Assembly: GCA_010015805.1 (NCBI GenBank)
Contig: ML978138.1
Coordinates: forward strand, 1-64,000
Source: Rhizodiscina lignyota
Lineage: Eukaryota
Length of the DNA stretch: 64,000 nucleotides
Direction of reading: 5' to 3'
The notes below the pieces were generated by a model, which did not search any database, was not told the DNA's origin, and was given only the letters and a program-made list of their open reading frames with translations. Of the stretch, positions 31,752 through 43,656 are shown in pieces. A program made the translations under genes and the position numbers. Within the stretch, counting starts at the first letter, position 1, and each line of letters opens with the position of its first letter.

Positions 31752-34711
31752 ATGAGCACGGTGGTCGAGCCGGTCCAAGCCCCACCGCATCTGCCCATCT
31801 CCTTCTCGCGCAGCGGCAGCAACACCCAAAATTCGAAGAATCTCGACAAGATGCAGCTGTCGCAAGGCAGCCAGCCCTCATTCGACGCTCGCGCGCCCTC
31901 CTTCGCCTCTCCGCCCGCCCATCCGGGCCCCGTCATGTACAACATGCACTCGCAGCCTCAGAACCCCATCATGAACCCTTATCGCAGCTTCCAGGACGTC
32001 AATGGCCATCAAGGACACCCCATTGCGGGTGCTCCTCAGATTTACACTGTGAGTTTCCATTCATTTGATAATCATTCACTCTCTCCGCCTCTATACGTGG
32101 TGGTATGCTAATGACTCCTTCGATCTTGCAGGCCGTATACTCCGGCGTCTCAGTCTATGAGTTCGAGATTAACGGCGTCGCTGTCATGCGAAGACGATCC
32201 GACTCCTGGCTCAATGCCACTCAGATTCTCAAGGTCGCGGGCGTGGACAAGGGCAAGCGCACAAAAGTGCTGGAAAAGGAGATTTTGACCGGCGAGCACG
32301 AAAAGGTGCAGGGAGGCTACGGAAAGTATCAGGGCACATGGATCAATTACGAGCGCGGCCGCGAGTTCTGCAGGCAGTATGGCGTCGAAGAGCTACTCCG
32401 GCCATTGCTAGAGTACGACACGAGCAACGACGGCAAGACACCTACAGGCAATGCTGTCGATACGCCGACAAAAGAGCAGGCCATGGCTGCAAATCGAAAG
32501 CGATTCTACACCACACTCGACGGTCGCCAGGCCAGCCAAGGTGCCAATGGTACCTTCTTCTCCAACATTTCCACAACCGCATCAAACGCAATTGCGGCAA
32601 TGAACAAGGTTGCACGCATGAATTCACCCGCTCCGCGCCCTACCAGCGCTGCCCAGCGATCTGGAAACGCTCCACAGCGCTCATCTCAACCGATGATGGG
32701 TAGTCAAGGCTCCTTCCGCGAAGCGAGCCAGCAGAGCCGACCAAGCTTGGCCTCAGAGCGCAGCTTTAGTGCAGCTCCGGCCCAAGACTCTGCATACGGA
32801 ACGCAAGGCCAGTTTAGCGGTGAGCAACAAGTCGATGGTACAAATGACGAACCACCTCGAAAACGAATGCGGCCGATGAGCCGTCAGCAATCATTCACTC
32901 AACCAAACGGAGCTCCAGATCTGTCGATGCGCGATGCCACTCCCACTGAGCCCAATGAATCATTCGTCTACCAGCAGGCTAGTCAGCAACAGCAACTTCT
33001 CACTCATGACGGAGAAGTTCCCACTGCGATGCCGCCATTGCCGCCTCCATCCGACAAGCGCGCAGAAGAGAAGCAAGGCATGCTTCTAGACCTCTTTGCG
33101 GATCTTGGTAGAACGGACTTTACTAACCATCCTGCCATCCAACGTCTCTCCGGTGCCGATCTTGACATGCCTTTGGACCAGTCTGCTAATACCGCCCTTC
33201 ACTGGGCTGCCACTCTTGCCCGTGTCTCTCTCATGCGACTACTCATTGCGAAGGGTGCCAGCATTTACCGCGGGAACATTGCTGGTCAGACCCCACTTAT
33301 GGCTGCTGTGCAAGTCAACAACAGTTTGGATCACAGCTGCTTTCCCGACTTGCTTGAGATACTGGCACCTCTAATCGAAGTCCGTGATGCAACAGGCCGC
33401 ACAATCTTGCATCACATTGCCGTCTCTTGTGGCATCAAAGGCCGTGCTGCTTCGAGCAAGTACTATCTCGAAGCTCTCCTAGAATTTCTCGTCCGTAGCA
33501 CTTCTGCTGTCCCTGGTCCACCCATGGAGACTGGTCTCTCAAAGCCGATCGGCTTGATGAGGTTCATGTCGGAGATGGTAAACGTGCGAGACAATTTAGG
33601 CAACACGGCCCTCAACCTTGTTGCGCGCATAGGCAACCGCAGCATCATCCAGCAACTACTCGAGGTCCAGGCTGACCCTGCCATTCCCAACTACAAGGGG
33701 CTTTCTGCGATTGATTTTGGCGTTGGGATTGATGTTGACCGGAACCGTGCCAACGCACAGGCAATGGGTCCTCCAGGTAGCCAGCCAATAGAGTCACCAA
33801 CTCGAAATGGCAAGGCGCCTATCAGCCGCGTAGATGAGACTAACAGCCATCTTTTACCAGGTCGGCAGCACTTTTCGATTATTGTTGCTTCCCGTTACAT
33901 GTACATTCGCTTACAAGTTCTAGCTCTCACAACGTCGCTGAACAACCTTCAATCTCAACATGCCGCTGAGATGCGCCTCAAAACGGATTCTTTTGACCGT
34001 GCAAACGCGCAGATCCGCGATCTTGCCGCTCAACATGCTCAACTAGGAGCAGCGCTTTCTCAACTGCAAAACCGTGTCAAGAACCGAAGCGAGCGTGCAG
34101 TGCGCACCCTGAACCTGCGAAGATCTATCGAGGAAAGCAAGCACCGTTTATCACATCAAGGCGTGAATCTCAACGCCGTCACCGGCCCGCGCGGCAGTCC
34201 GTTGAAACCCGGCGATGTCGAAAAGCTGGACGGTCTCGAGATACCTGCAACAAGCGTGGCAAGCAACAGCCAAGGTGGAGGCCATGTTAATGGCGATTCA
34301 TCAATGGCAAATCTCACCACTCTCATTGATCCGATGCAGCTTCCGGATGTCCCAACGCTGCGAGCTCGTATGGCTGGCTACGCGGAGAACAACGACCGTC
34401 TCAAGGGAAAGGCAAAATACCTAAAGGGCCGCAGCGCCGAGCTCGAGACGATGTACCGCAAGGTCATTGCTTTGTGCACGGGCGTGGAAGAGGGTAGGGT
34501 CGAGGAGAATCTCGCGGCTTTGGTGCAGGCTGTCGAGAGTGAGAATGTTCCTCCCGGAGCTGGTCCGAATTCTGGACGAAATGGTGTCCATGGCAATGGC
34601 AATATGGTGGGAACGCCTGGTATGCCGAGGACTCAAGATGCAGAGGTGGGTAGGGTTAAGGAATTTCTGAGGAAGGTCGAGGGTGTGGGATTGGCGACGC
34701 CGACAACTTGA
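31752..34711 (+). CDS. APSES (KilA-N) + ankyrin-repeat G1/S transcription factor, Swi6/Cdc10-like
   Basis: QIYT/AVYSGVSVYEF..VMRRRSDSWLNATQILKVAG..HEKVQGGYGKYQGTW. Ankyrin motifs NTALHWAA, GQTPLM, GRTILHH, GNTALN. C-terminal coiled coil. Introns ~32049-32131 and 33861-33923. Confidence 0.9.
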
Positions 34712-35055
34712 ATAAGAAGGCAAGTCGTCATCAAGAGTTCCTATGCGATTTTTGGTGGGTACCGGATTCGATCACGATTGTCGAAACATCTGAGATGATT
34801 GATTGGCTACGGGTGAAATTTCACCACATGAGCAACGGCGTTTTTGCTGCTTGATCACTGTTATGGAACGGTTGCGCGGTATACCACTGTGCAAATACGG
34901 AGATCATCCTCAAAGCACTGCCTCCGCAAGCTGTGCCATTTGGTGTCACAATCGCGCGAGTGGTTCGAAGGTATACCCCGGAAGTACGATTTGACAATAC
35001 GTACAATGTAATGAAAACCATCACTGTGGAAATGATTTCGAAACCATATACCCTA

Positions 35056-35943
35056 TCACTGACCATCTGGAAACTCACAGCTTCGCCACACATCCTCGTA
35101 CTTACTCACATTCGCCAGGAACCCTTCTCCCCAGGCCTTCATAACCGTCCCTGTCTCGACCCCAATCGGCAGCCTCAACAGCCCTTCCACCCTCCCTTCC
35201 ATCATCCCCACTCCATCTACAGCATCAACGATCCGCTCCGCTGCCTTCTCCGGGTCAATGGTCTGCTTCCCGTGCGAATCCTGCAATACCTTGAACACAT
35301 ATTCCACCGGCGTCCCTTTGTACGCGTCCGACGGAACTGCAATATTCCCCGCCATCTTCTCCGGCGCAAGAAGCGCGGTACGCATACCACCTGGAATAGC
35401 GAGTATCACTTTAATTCCGAAGCAAGCCACCTCTGCGGCTAAACTAGCGGTGAACCCGTCGAGAGCCCATTTTGACGCGGCGTAGAGACTGATTCCCGGG
35501 AGGGACTGGTATACGCCCGCGCTGGACACGTTGATGATCGTTCCACCACGTCTCTCGCGCATCGAAGGTAGGAGAAGCTGGATGAGTTGCAAGCTGCCGA
35601 AGAAGTTGGTGTCGAACAGTCGCCGCATATCGTCCATGCTCTGCTCCTCGAATGCACCGCCTATGCCGATACCTGCGTTGTTTATGAGCACGTCGATTCG
35701 GCCATGGACTTGCAATGCAGCGGAGACTTGTGAGGGGAGGCCAGTAGAGGATACGTCCATGAGTAGCCAGGTTCCGCCTTGGGAGTGAATTTCGGAGACG
35801 AGAGATGGCGTCTGCGAGGGGTTGCGGGATGTTGCGATCACTTTGTGCCCGGTTGTGGAGGAGGTGCGGAGTATGGTGCGGGTCAGGGAGAGGCCTAGGC
35901 CGGAGGAGCAGCCTGTGATAAGGAAGACTTTTGTGGATGACAT
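35056..35943 (-). CDS. Short-chain dehydrogenase/reductase (classical)
   Basis: ITGCSSGLG, DVLINNAG, NVSS, YAASK. Confidence 0.93.
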   Translation of the reverse strand: MSSTKVFLITGCSSGLGLSLTRTILRTSSTTGHKVIATSRNPSQTPSLVSEIHSQGGTWLLMDVSSTGLPSQVSAALQVHGRIDVLINNAGIGIGGAFEEQSMDDMRRLFDTNFFGSLQLIQLLLPSMRERRGGTIINVSSAGVYQSLPGISLYAASKWALDGFTASLAAEVACFGIKVILAIPGGMRTALLAPEKMAGNIAVPSDAYKGTPVEYVFKVLQDSHGKQTIDPEKAAERIVDAVDGVGMMEGRVEGLLRLPIGVETGTVMKAWGEGFLANVSKYEDVWRSCEFPDGQ

Positions 35944-36790
35944 TATTGATGAATGAGGCTTGAATAAAATGGAACTGAGTTTGCTTTGTGAGGGCTAATG
36001 TTGATCAGAACGATATTAGAGACTAAATTTGACGGTTGCGACTGAAATGTTGGAAAGAGAAGACAGGTTGAGACTATATATGTCACTGGAGACACCCAGA
36101 CAAGAAACACCAACATGTGACTACAAGATTACGGCCGTCAATCGGGGGAATAGAAGTAAGGCACGCTGGAGACGGTCTGAATCAAAATGTGGGCATTCGG
36201 AGAGAAGCTCAGGTGTCGGCGATTGAAGTCGGCGCTGAAAACATCTTGCTTCCAGGAGTACAAGCGCAGGCAGAATGCATTGCACCAAAAGAGGATAGTC
36301 ATGTACGCGGTAACGGTCTGTAGAAGAGACGCGTGTAGATAATGATATATTGGGCCGGCTTTGCGGACACGGGGAGTTGTTGGAAAGCATGTCCGGAGGT
36401 GAAAGAGAAGAACAGACACAAACTAATAGAGATGTAACTATCGATCCTTTCTCCGATGGCGCGTTTACTAATTTGGGAGATTTTGTTCGACATCTACTGG
36501 AACCACTCCGATATGAAGAAACGACGAGATTGACGAGAGATTGACGATGTCGAGAGTTGTGTGCAGCCCTAACCCTGAGACTGCTCCCCTGAAACTCGGC
36601 GTTAAAGCCACAGCTCGGCGCCGCATGGATGACGCCACAACAACGTGATGAGGCGCGCTGGACCTGGTCCTCAACGACATGCACCACCTCTCCATCCAAG
36701 CGTCCCCTCTCAGCATTCTATGTATCTATCTGCTAGCTTCTCCGATCATCAGTGACTCACAGGCTATGTCCATGCTGCGCTGAGGTCTGA

Positions 36791-39448
36791 ATGTTTCGTC
36801 AATCATGCTGGACTAGACGCGCTCGCTCATTGGACTCGTTGAAATGTAGGACAACGTTGAGAGCGCGGTAGGTGTTTTGCTCTGCCATTCATGATATTTA
36901 GATTGGTCTGACATTGAGAAGACATGGCGCTCGTAGGGTATTCTTCCATCATGGCACCAAGACCGAGTACTCTAAACGGAGCGGACCAAAAAGCTCTTCA
37001 GGAGTCTGGATAATTGCCGTCTCGGCCTCTGCCATTGCACTCTTCCAACTTCACAATTTCCAAGCACCATCATTCTTTTCCAGAATACGTGCAGACAGTG
37101 CAGAGCAACCGTTTGTTCTTTTCCGTGGTCGCCCCGTGAAGTTTGGTCAAGATGGACTGGATGAAGCTTCCAAACCTCCTGACTTTCGCCCAAATAATCA
37201 AAACGGCACCATTTCTGCAGAGATCGAGGTTGGCATCCAGCACCTTGTAAACGGCACATCTTGTGCGGATCTAATTAGAAAACAGGACCCAAAGAATGCT
37301 TACGCAACCGTATCCACGCGGCTCTGCTCAATAAGAGATGGCCTCGCCTCTTTACCTGACAAACTTGCCGGCCTAATCACTCCCGACTGGGTGAAAGTAC
37401 TCCCTGGGTTCGTCACCAAGTTGCAAAACGAGCTATCCATGGCACCTGGCTCGCTTGCTGAAGAAGTCTGGCAAGAAGCACATGATCCCGAGATCAATCC
37501 CGAGATTGTCTGGGAAGCCACAGTCCGTGTCTCCAACGATTTGTGTGATGATGAGCATTTGTTTCTGAAGAGACGCAAAGAGCATACCAGAGCTGCGTTG
37601 GCAAAGTATCTGCAAATTCCAATCTCTGAAATCCATCCGGATGATGTTCCGGTGATAGCAATGTGCGGTTCCGGAGGAGGTCTCAGGGCTTTGGTCGCAG
37701 GCTCCTCGTCGTCTCTCGCCGCGAAGGAATCCGGGCTTTTCGACTGTCTCACCTATACAGCGGGTGTGAGCGGCACCTGCTGGTTGCAAGCATTGTTCTA
37801 CTCATCCATCACCAACCAAAACCACGGTGCGCTCATTCAGCACCTCAAGAACCGGCTTGGTGTGCATATTGCATACCCACCAGCCGCTTTCTCACTCATC
37901 AATAGCGCGCCAACGAACAAATACTTGCTCAGTGGACTGATCGAAAAGCTCAAGGGCGTTCCCGAGGCGGACTTTGGCATTGTCGACATCTATGGCCTTT
38001 TGCTAGCGGCACGCATTTTTGTCCCAAAAGGCGAACTCAATGTCACAGATTACGACCTCAAGCTTTCTAACCAGCGTCGCTTCATCGCCCAGGGAGAGCA
38101 TCCCTTACCCATCTACACAGCCGTGCGGCACGAGATTCCAAAGACCGAGAAATCCGCTACTGGCGCGGAGGCAGACAAGAGGAAGGCACAGAAGGAAGAC
38201 TGGTTCCAGTGGTTCGAGTTCACTCCCTACGAATTCTGGTGTGAGGAGCTCACAGCAGGCATTCCAACATGGGCAGTTGGAAGACCATTCGCTGCTGGCC
38301 GAACAGTCTGGCGTAACAACAACTTGTCTCTACCGGAGATCCGTATTCCGCTGTTACTTGGAATCTGGGGCAGTGCCTTTTGCGCTACGCTCAGCCACTA
38401 CTATGCGGAGGTCCGACCGATTGTTAAAAACCTGGCTGGCTTCAATGGGATCGATCACATGATGATGGAACGGGATGAGGATCTTTTAAAGGTACACATG
38501 ATCGATCCTGCTACGATCCCAAACTTTGTGATGGGTATGCGCGGGTCGTTGCCAGAAACAGTCCCGGAGAGCCTTTTCAAAGAGGAAAGACTGAAGCTCA
38601 TGGATGCTGGAATGAGCAACAACTTACCAATTTATCCGTTACTGAGGCCGGGACGAGATGTGGATATCATCATCTCGTTCGACGTCAGCGCCGACGCGAA
38701 AGAGGCGAATTGGCTTCGTGTAGTAGAGGGCTATGCGCGGCAGAGAGGTATCAAGGGCTGGCCGGTTGGGGCGGGTTGGCCACCTGAAAATGCATCGAAA
38801 GAGCAGATACAAACAGAACTAGATGCAGCACAGAAGGGAACCAAAACTGAAGCTAGCGAGGAAGCAACTAAGAGCCAAACAAAATCCGGAGAGAGACGTC
38901 AAGCAGACGCTGGGTCTAACGACACAGATGGACCTGTGAATAACGCCAATGACCAACCCCGAAAAGAGGCGAAGCCTCAACCTCCCTTAGACCTATCATA
39001 CTGCAACATCTGGATCGGCAGCACCACAGAGCGCAGCACCGGCGAAGAGCCGCCCCCTTCCAAGCTCGTCGAGGACGACATGCAGCTCATGACACCGGAT
39101 GCTGGTATCTGCGTTATCTACTACCCACTTCTGCCAAACGCAAAGGTACCTGACGCTGACCCGCATACGAGCGCATTCATGAGCACATGGAACTTCATCT
39201 ACACGCCAGAGCAGGTGGACAAGGTGGTTGATCTTGCGCGAGCAAACTTTGAGGAGGGCAGTGAGCAGACGAAACGCGCTGTGCGGGCGGTTTGGGAGCG
39301 CAAGAAGAGGTTGAGGGTAGAGCAGGAGAAGGAGGAGAGGGAGCTGAGGAAGGTGATTAAGGCGGAGAGGAGGAGGGAGGAACTGCGAAGTGGGAGGGGC
39401 GTTGGGAAGAGTATTACGGATGGGGATCATGGGGATCATTTCAGTTGA
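36791..39448 (+). CDS. Cytosolic phospholipase A2 / lysophospholipase family protein
   Basis: GSGGGLRA oxyanion motif, GVSG nucleophile, LMDAG catalytic Asp, WFEFTP. Predicted first exon 36791-36867 and intron 36868-36918 give an Arg-rich N-terminus. Confidence 0.88.
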
Positions 39449-39740
39449 GAGGTGGGCATGATTCTCGCGTCACAAGGCTCAAACTGTCCATATGGGAGTC
39501 CTGCAATTAGAAAAACTTGAAAGCTACATAATACTACATCTATTGCAACAACGCGGCCGTGAGATGAGTCGCCTGAATCACCCACCGTTCACCTGTACAC
39601 TCGCGCCATCCATGCTGAACATCTGGTATGATATGGTACAAATATGGCGTGCATTGTGACTTGCACATGCCTTGGGCCAGAAACGCTTGGAAAGCGACTT
39701 CTCAAGCTCAACACGCTGCACCAAGCTGCGTACTCGTAGC

Positions 39741-41120
39741 TCAAGTCACAATTTCTCCGCAGTCAATGAAATTGGGTATCCATTTCCTCTTTTGTCCCTC
39801 GCCCTCAACCTCACTCGGCTTCACCACCTCTTGCGGCCGATATAAATACCAGCCCCTCAGCGCATTCGCAGCCGCTCTATTCCTGGCTTCATCGAGACTG
39901 CCTCCTGCACCCTCGCCCAGCTTGTCTAGACCGCTGTATACACCTACCACAAACACCGGCGCAATGCTTTTTCGTCCCGTCTCCGATAATAATCGTGCAA
40001 CAGGTGGATCAAACCCTTCACGTGCACACAGCCGCGACAGGTCACGCGTCGGGAAGCGGAAGTGGAAGAGCGAGGCGATGTCGAGGTGGCGAGAGAGGAT
40101 GTGCTGCGCATGGAAGGAGACGACGGAGGATCTGCCGGCATGGAGTGTGAGTGCGCCGACGAGCGCGCGAAGGAAGGATGTGCTGGCGGTTTCGAGGTCG
40201 GTGCGTGATGGGATGGGGTCTGCCGGTGCTTGAGGTTGTCTTGGGGTGTGGACGTCGAGAATCTCGCCAGCTTTGTCGACTGTCACTGTATCTTCGGGTG
40301 CTTCTGATTGAGTTTGTGAGGCTTCCCATTCTTGCGCAGGCTTTGGTTCGACGAGTCGTCCAAAGTCGCCGAATTGGTCGTCCTCAACGATACGAGCGCC
40401 AATACCTCTTTTGACTCGCCATGTATTGGCCTTGTCTATTTGCATCGTATCGCCTTGAAATATGCCGTGCGTCTTTGGTCTTGTCTCGCCTGGCAGCGTC
40501 CTCTTGAACTGCAGTAAACCGGGGTCGACCTCGCCGCCTGGCTCTGCGACAGCTTCCACACCAAAACCACGGACTATCGAAGCGCACGCTGCCGGACCAA
40601 CATACGCATTCTGCGCTGCGAACAGGACGGTCATTGGTAGGCGCGGATAGTTACAGAGTAGGTGCTCAGCTGTAAAGTAGCCAAGGATGTCTCCACCCAG
40701 CAGCGCGAGGGAAGAGTTGCTGAAATGCGGATGAGGATCCGCTGTTGCATGAACAAGACATTTTGCGAGTGTCTGGAGTGGAACTGTATGAGGCAGCGCA
40801 AGACGAGAATGGAGTGCGGAGAGTTTGGCAGAGTGGAACGCTGCAGATGGTGGAGGTGAAGGGAGTTCAGTGAGGTCGGCTGAGATGGCGTCTTCTACGT
40901 CTGTCGGTTCCTCAGGCCTTTCAACTGCTCTTGCTGAGTATAATCGGATGCATTGAAAAGGTTGCCGAGGGTGATTATGAGGTTGGCGGAGGTAGAGACA
41001 TTGTGCTGCTTGCCCTCGTGCTCGCGTTCGAGGGTGACTTCTTGATACTGATACTGCGTGTGGGCGAGGGAGGACGTGTAGGATTTGCTGTCGCCATCTC
41101 TCGGGGTGTATTTGCTTCAT
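39741..41120 (-). CDS. MRPL3: Mitochondrial ribosomal protein L3/mL44 (RNase III-like + dsRBD)
   Basis: SAKLSALHSRL, YPRLP, EPGGEVDPGLLQF, PTRDLSRLCAREGFDPPVARLLSETGR..PVFVVGVYSG..KLGEG.G. Arg-rich presequence. Confidence 0.9.
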   Translation of the reverse strand: MKQIHPERWRQQILHVLPRPHAVSVSRSHPRTRARGQAAQCLYLRQPHNHPRQPFQCIRLYSARAVERPEEPTDVEDAISADLTELPSPPPSAAFHSAKLSALHSRLALPHTVPLQTLAKCLVHATADPHPHFSNSSLALLGGDILGYFTAEHLLCNYPRLPMTVLFAAQNAYVGPAACASIVRGFGVEAVAEPGGEVDPGLLQFKRTLPGETRPKTHGIFQGDTMQIDKANTWRVKRGIGARIVEDDQFGDFGRLVEPKPAQEWEASQTQSEAPEDTVTVDKAGEILDVHTPRQPQAPADPIPSRTDLETASTSFLRALVGALTLHAGRSSVVSFHAQHILSRHLDIASLFHFRFPTRDLSRLCAREGFDPPVARLLSETGRKSIAPVFVVGVYSGLDKLGEGAGGSLDEARNRAAANALRGWYLYRPQEVVKPSEVEGEGQKRKWIPNFIDCGEIVT

Positions 41121-41392
41121 CAATCTCACCAGTCAAGCACTTTGAGGCTGTTCGAGTGCAATTGTCGTGATATATCAAAGTCGCGCGTCGAGTCTTAACG
41201 TGGACGAAATTTTGGAAAGGGAAGCCAGGATGTATGAAAATTCCGGATAGGGACTAGCTCAGTGTAATGTAATTGAGGGACGGAGAGCTCCAAGCTTGAA
41301 TTGAACCTCCACCTTGAATATCACAACCCTCGACCGCGACAATTCCAATTCCGCACCCTCAAGCACCCTCTCTTTCACTGGTCGCGGTCATA

Positions 41393-41960
41393 ATGGCAGG
41401 AGACGGGCATGGTCATGGCCATGGCTACGTGCCCGGTAAAGGTGGACATGGAAAGATCCCGTATGTCGACTCGACTCCCTCCTTCTCCCACTCAATGCCC
41501 TCCGAGATGCCTAAGCTCCGTAGCTGATATTCAGAGTCATTCTGTTAAATCAATTACTAACTCTGTCTTTTGCCAGATACCCTACGCACGTCTGGTCGCC
41601 AGCTGGTGGTTGGGTCCGTCCCTCCCCTCATCCCTGCAATCGCGCCTCTTGAAGCAAACGAGCTAATCTCCATTGAAGTACGCACAACCGAAGAACTGGA
41701 AATCGAATACGGCAATAGTGGCGGCGGTTATGTTTGGCTTATGTTGCATCACATGGACTGCGAGTGCGAGACTAGAGGAAAGGCCTCGAATGCCTGAGCC
41801 AGGGCGATTCTATCCCAGCAGATAGTACGTTCTTCTGCACGTCTCGGCACTTGGAGAATGAAGTTGCTGACTTGATTATAGTTGGAGCAAGCAGATCATC
41901 GAGCACGAAAAGAAGCAGAAAGAACTGGCAGCTGCACAAACGTCATCGGAATCATCATAG
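41393..41960 (+). CDS. Small fungal membrane protein, NUUM-like complex I accessory subunit (missed by the ORF track)
   Basis: Four exons splice to MAGDGHGHGHGYVPGKGGHGKIPYPTHVWSPAGGWYAQPKNWKSNTAIVAAVMFGLCCITWTASARLEERPRMPEPGRFYPSRYWSKQIIEHEKKQKELAAAQTSSESS. Introns ~41461-41577, ~41613-41678, ~41825-41881. Confidence 0.8.
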
Positions 41961-42055
41961 AGCTGTACATATCATGGGCTGTGGCGTTACCTGGCTGTCA
42001 ACAATGAAGCAACTTTGCAAACAAGACTGAACAAATATGCAATTGATCCATGAGT

Positions 42056-43323
42056 CTAATTTCGATCTAGTGGTAACAAATCCGACTGCAATTGTACTCT
42101 CAACGCCGAACAGCGTTCCTCATATCGTCTACATCTCTCACCAAAGTCAATGCCATTCCAGCGGTCAGCTTCCAGTTTTGGCATCCCTATCTGCTCGATT
42201 GCAACGCCTGCTACGACCGAGCCATATGCAGCAGCCATCTCTGGAGTATGTCCGTTTATAAGAGCCATCGCCAGCCCTCCAAGGAAAGTATTACCTCCGC
42301 CTGTAGGATCGATAACTGCGCCCGTGTCGGATGAATGGTATGCAGGAAGCCAAGTATTTTGAATCTGGCCGTTTTCCAAACGACGAACGATACAGCAGCC
42401 ATCCTTTCCTGCTCGCACAACAATGCTTCCTTCCCTCAATGGACCAATGCCAACGTTGATCATTTGAGAAGCTAAAGTCTCAACAACTTCTCTCTGCACA
42501 TACCCGTTCCGATCGACCTCTGCTTCTTTGCCAAAGAATCCAGCAAGCTCCACGTGATTCGGACTGATGCAATCAATCATGTTGAGAGCCTTTCTGCAAT
42601 TATCCCATTCTGACGGAATACATAGATCCGGAACTGGTTCCCAAATAAACATTGGCCGTACTGATTCATCCTTGAAGCTCCTCTCTTCTCGCAACCTGTC
42701 TCTCCTCTGCATAATCCCGTTAACAAGAGACATGCATCTCGTCGACTGGCAAATCAAATGGAAACTCTTGCTCATCAGCAACTCTGTCGTAAGGTTCGTC
42801 TCATCAAGCCGAAGTTTTGGGGTTGTGTATCTGAACGCGCGCTGTTCTCCCGCTCCGTAGCCATTCCATCCGCGAGTGGTGAGCCGTTCGGGAGTGGGAC
42901 GGAACAGACAACTCGTGTCCCACTGTTCAATTTCCCTCCGCATGGAGTCAGGAAAGTCAGATCCACAATCTACTATCCAGCCCACTAAGCGTGATCGCCT
43001 GGAACCGGCAAAGATACGAGCCCCGAGAGCTGTGTAGCTGCCTGCTCCGCCCATGATGTCTGTCAAGACGCGGCCATTGCCAGGCTTTTCAGGCAATTTT
43101 GAAGTAGCTGCCGCCGATTGGATGCTTCCATTACTGCCGATGGATGAATTTTGTTGCTGCCTGTTGCCGTAATCATTTTCCAGTGGAATGTCTGAATCGA
43201 AGTGTATCTCGTCTTGAAAGTGTCAGATGTGGAAGTAGAGGGGAATTGAGTATTGTACAGACCTATAATGAACATGCCCAAAGTACAGACATCTACACCT
43301 GAGCTTGAAACATCGACATCCAT
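42056..43323 (-). CDS. PfkB-family carbohydrate kinase (MAK32-like)
   Basis: TLGMFII / intron / DEI, GGAGSY, IVDCGSDFP, TTRGWN.Y, WEPVPD.C, SPNH.EL, DPTGGGNTFLGG. Confidence 0.88.
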
Positions 43324-43656
43324 CTTGAATTAAGCCAGGATCTATTTATGACATATCAATTTGGTGGTTAGGGCAGGGTCCGTTGCTGATGCGCAGGTTC
43401 GAAGTGGTCAGAGCTTCTCCGGCCGCGATCTTGAACTCTGACCTTCAGCCCTCATTATTTCCACTTTCCATCCCTTCGTACACCGCCGCTACTCTTCTCC
43501 CTCGTACGCGGCTGCGGTGTATGATCACTCCACTCCACCCGAACGCGGAGTCAATCCCATCTATTCGGTCCTTCTACACAGTGACCCTGGCATCCCCTTG
43601 CTTCTTGCGCTGGCAATCGGCGTACGCGCAGCTCGTCCCCGCAAGAGCAGGCAGCC

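Noticed and set aside
36000..36720. Short ORFs between the SDR and PLA2 genes
   Set aside because: No recognisable domain. Consistent with divergent promoter/UTR sequence.
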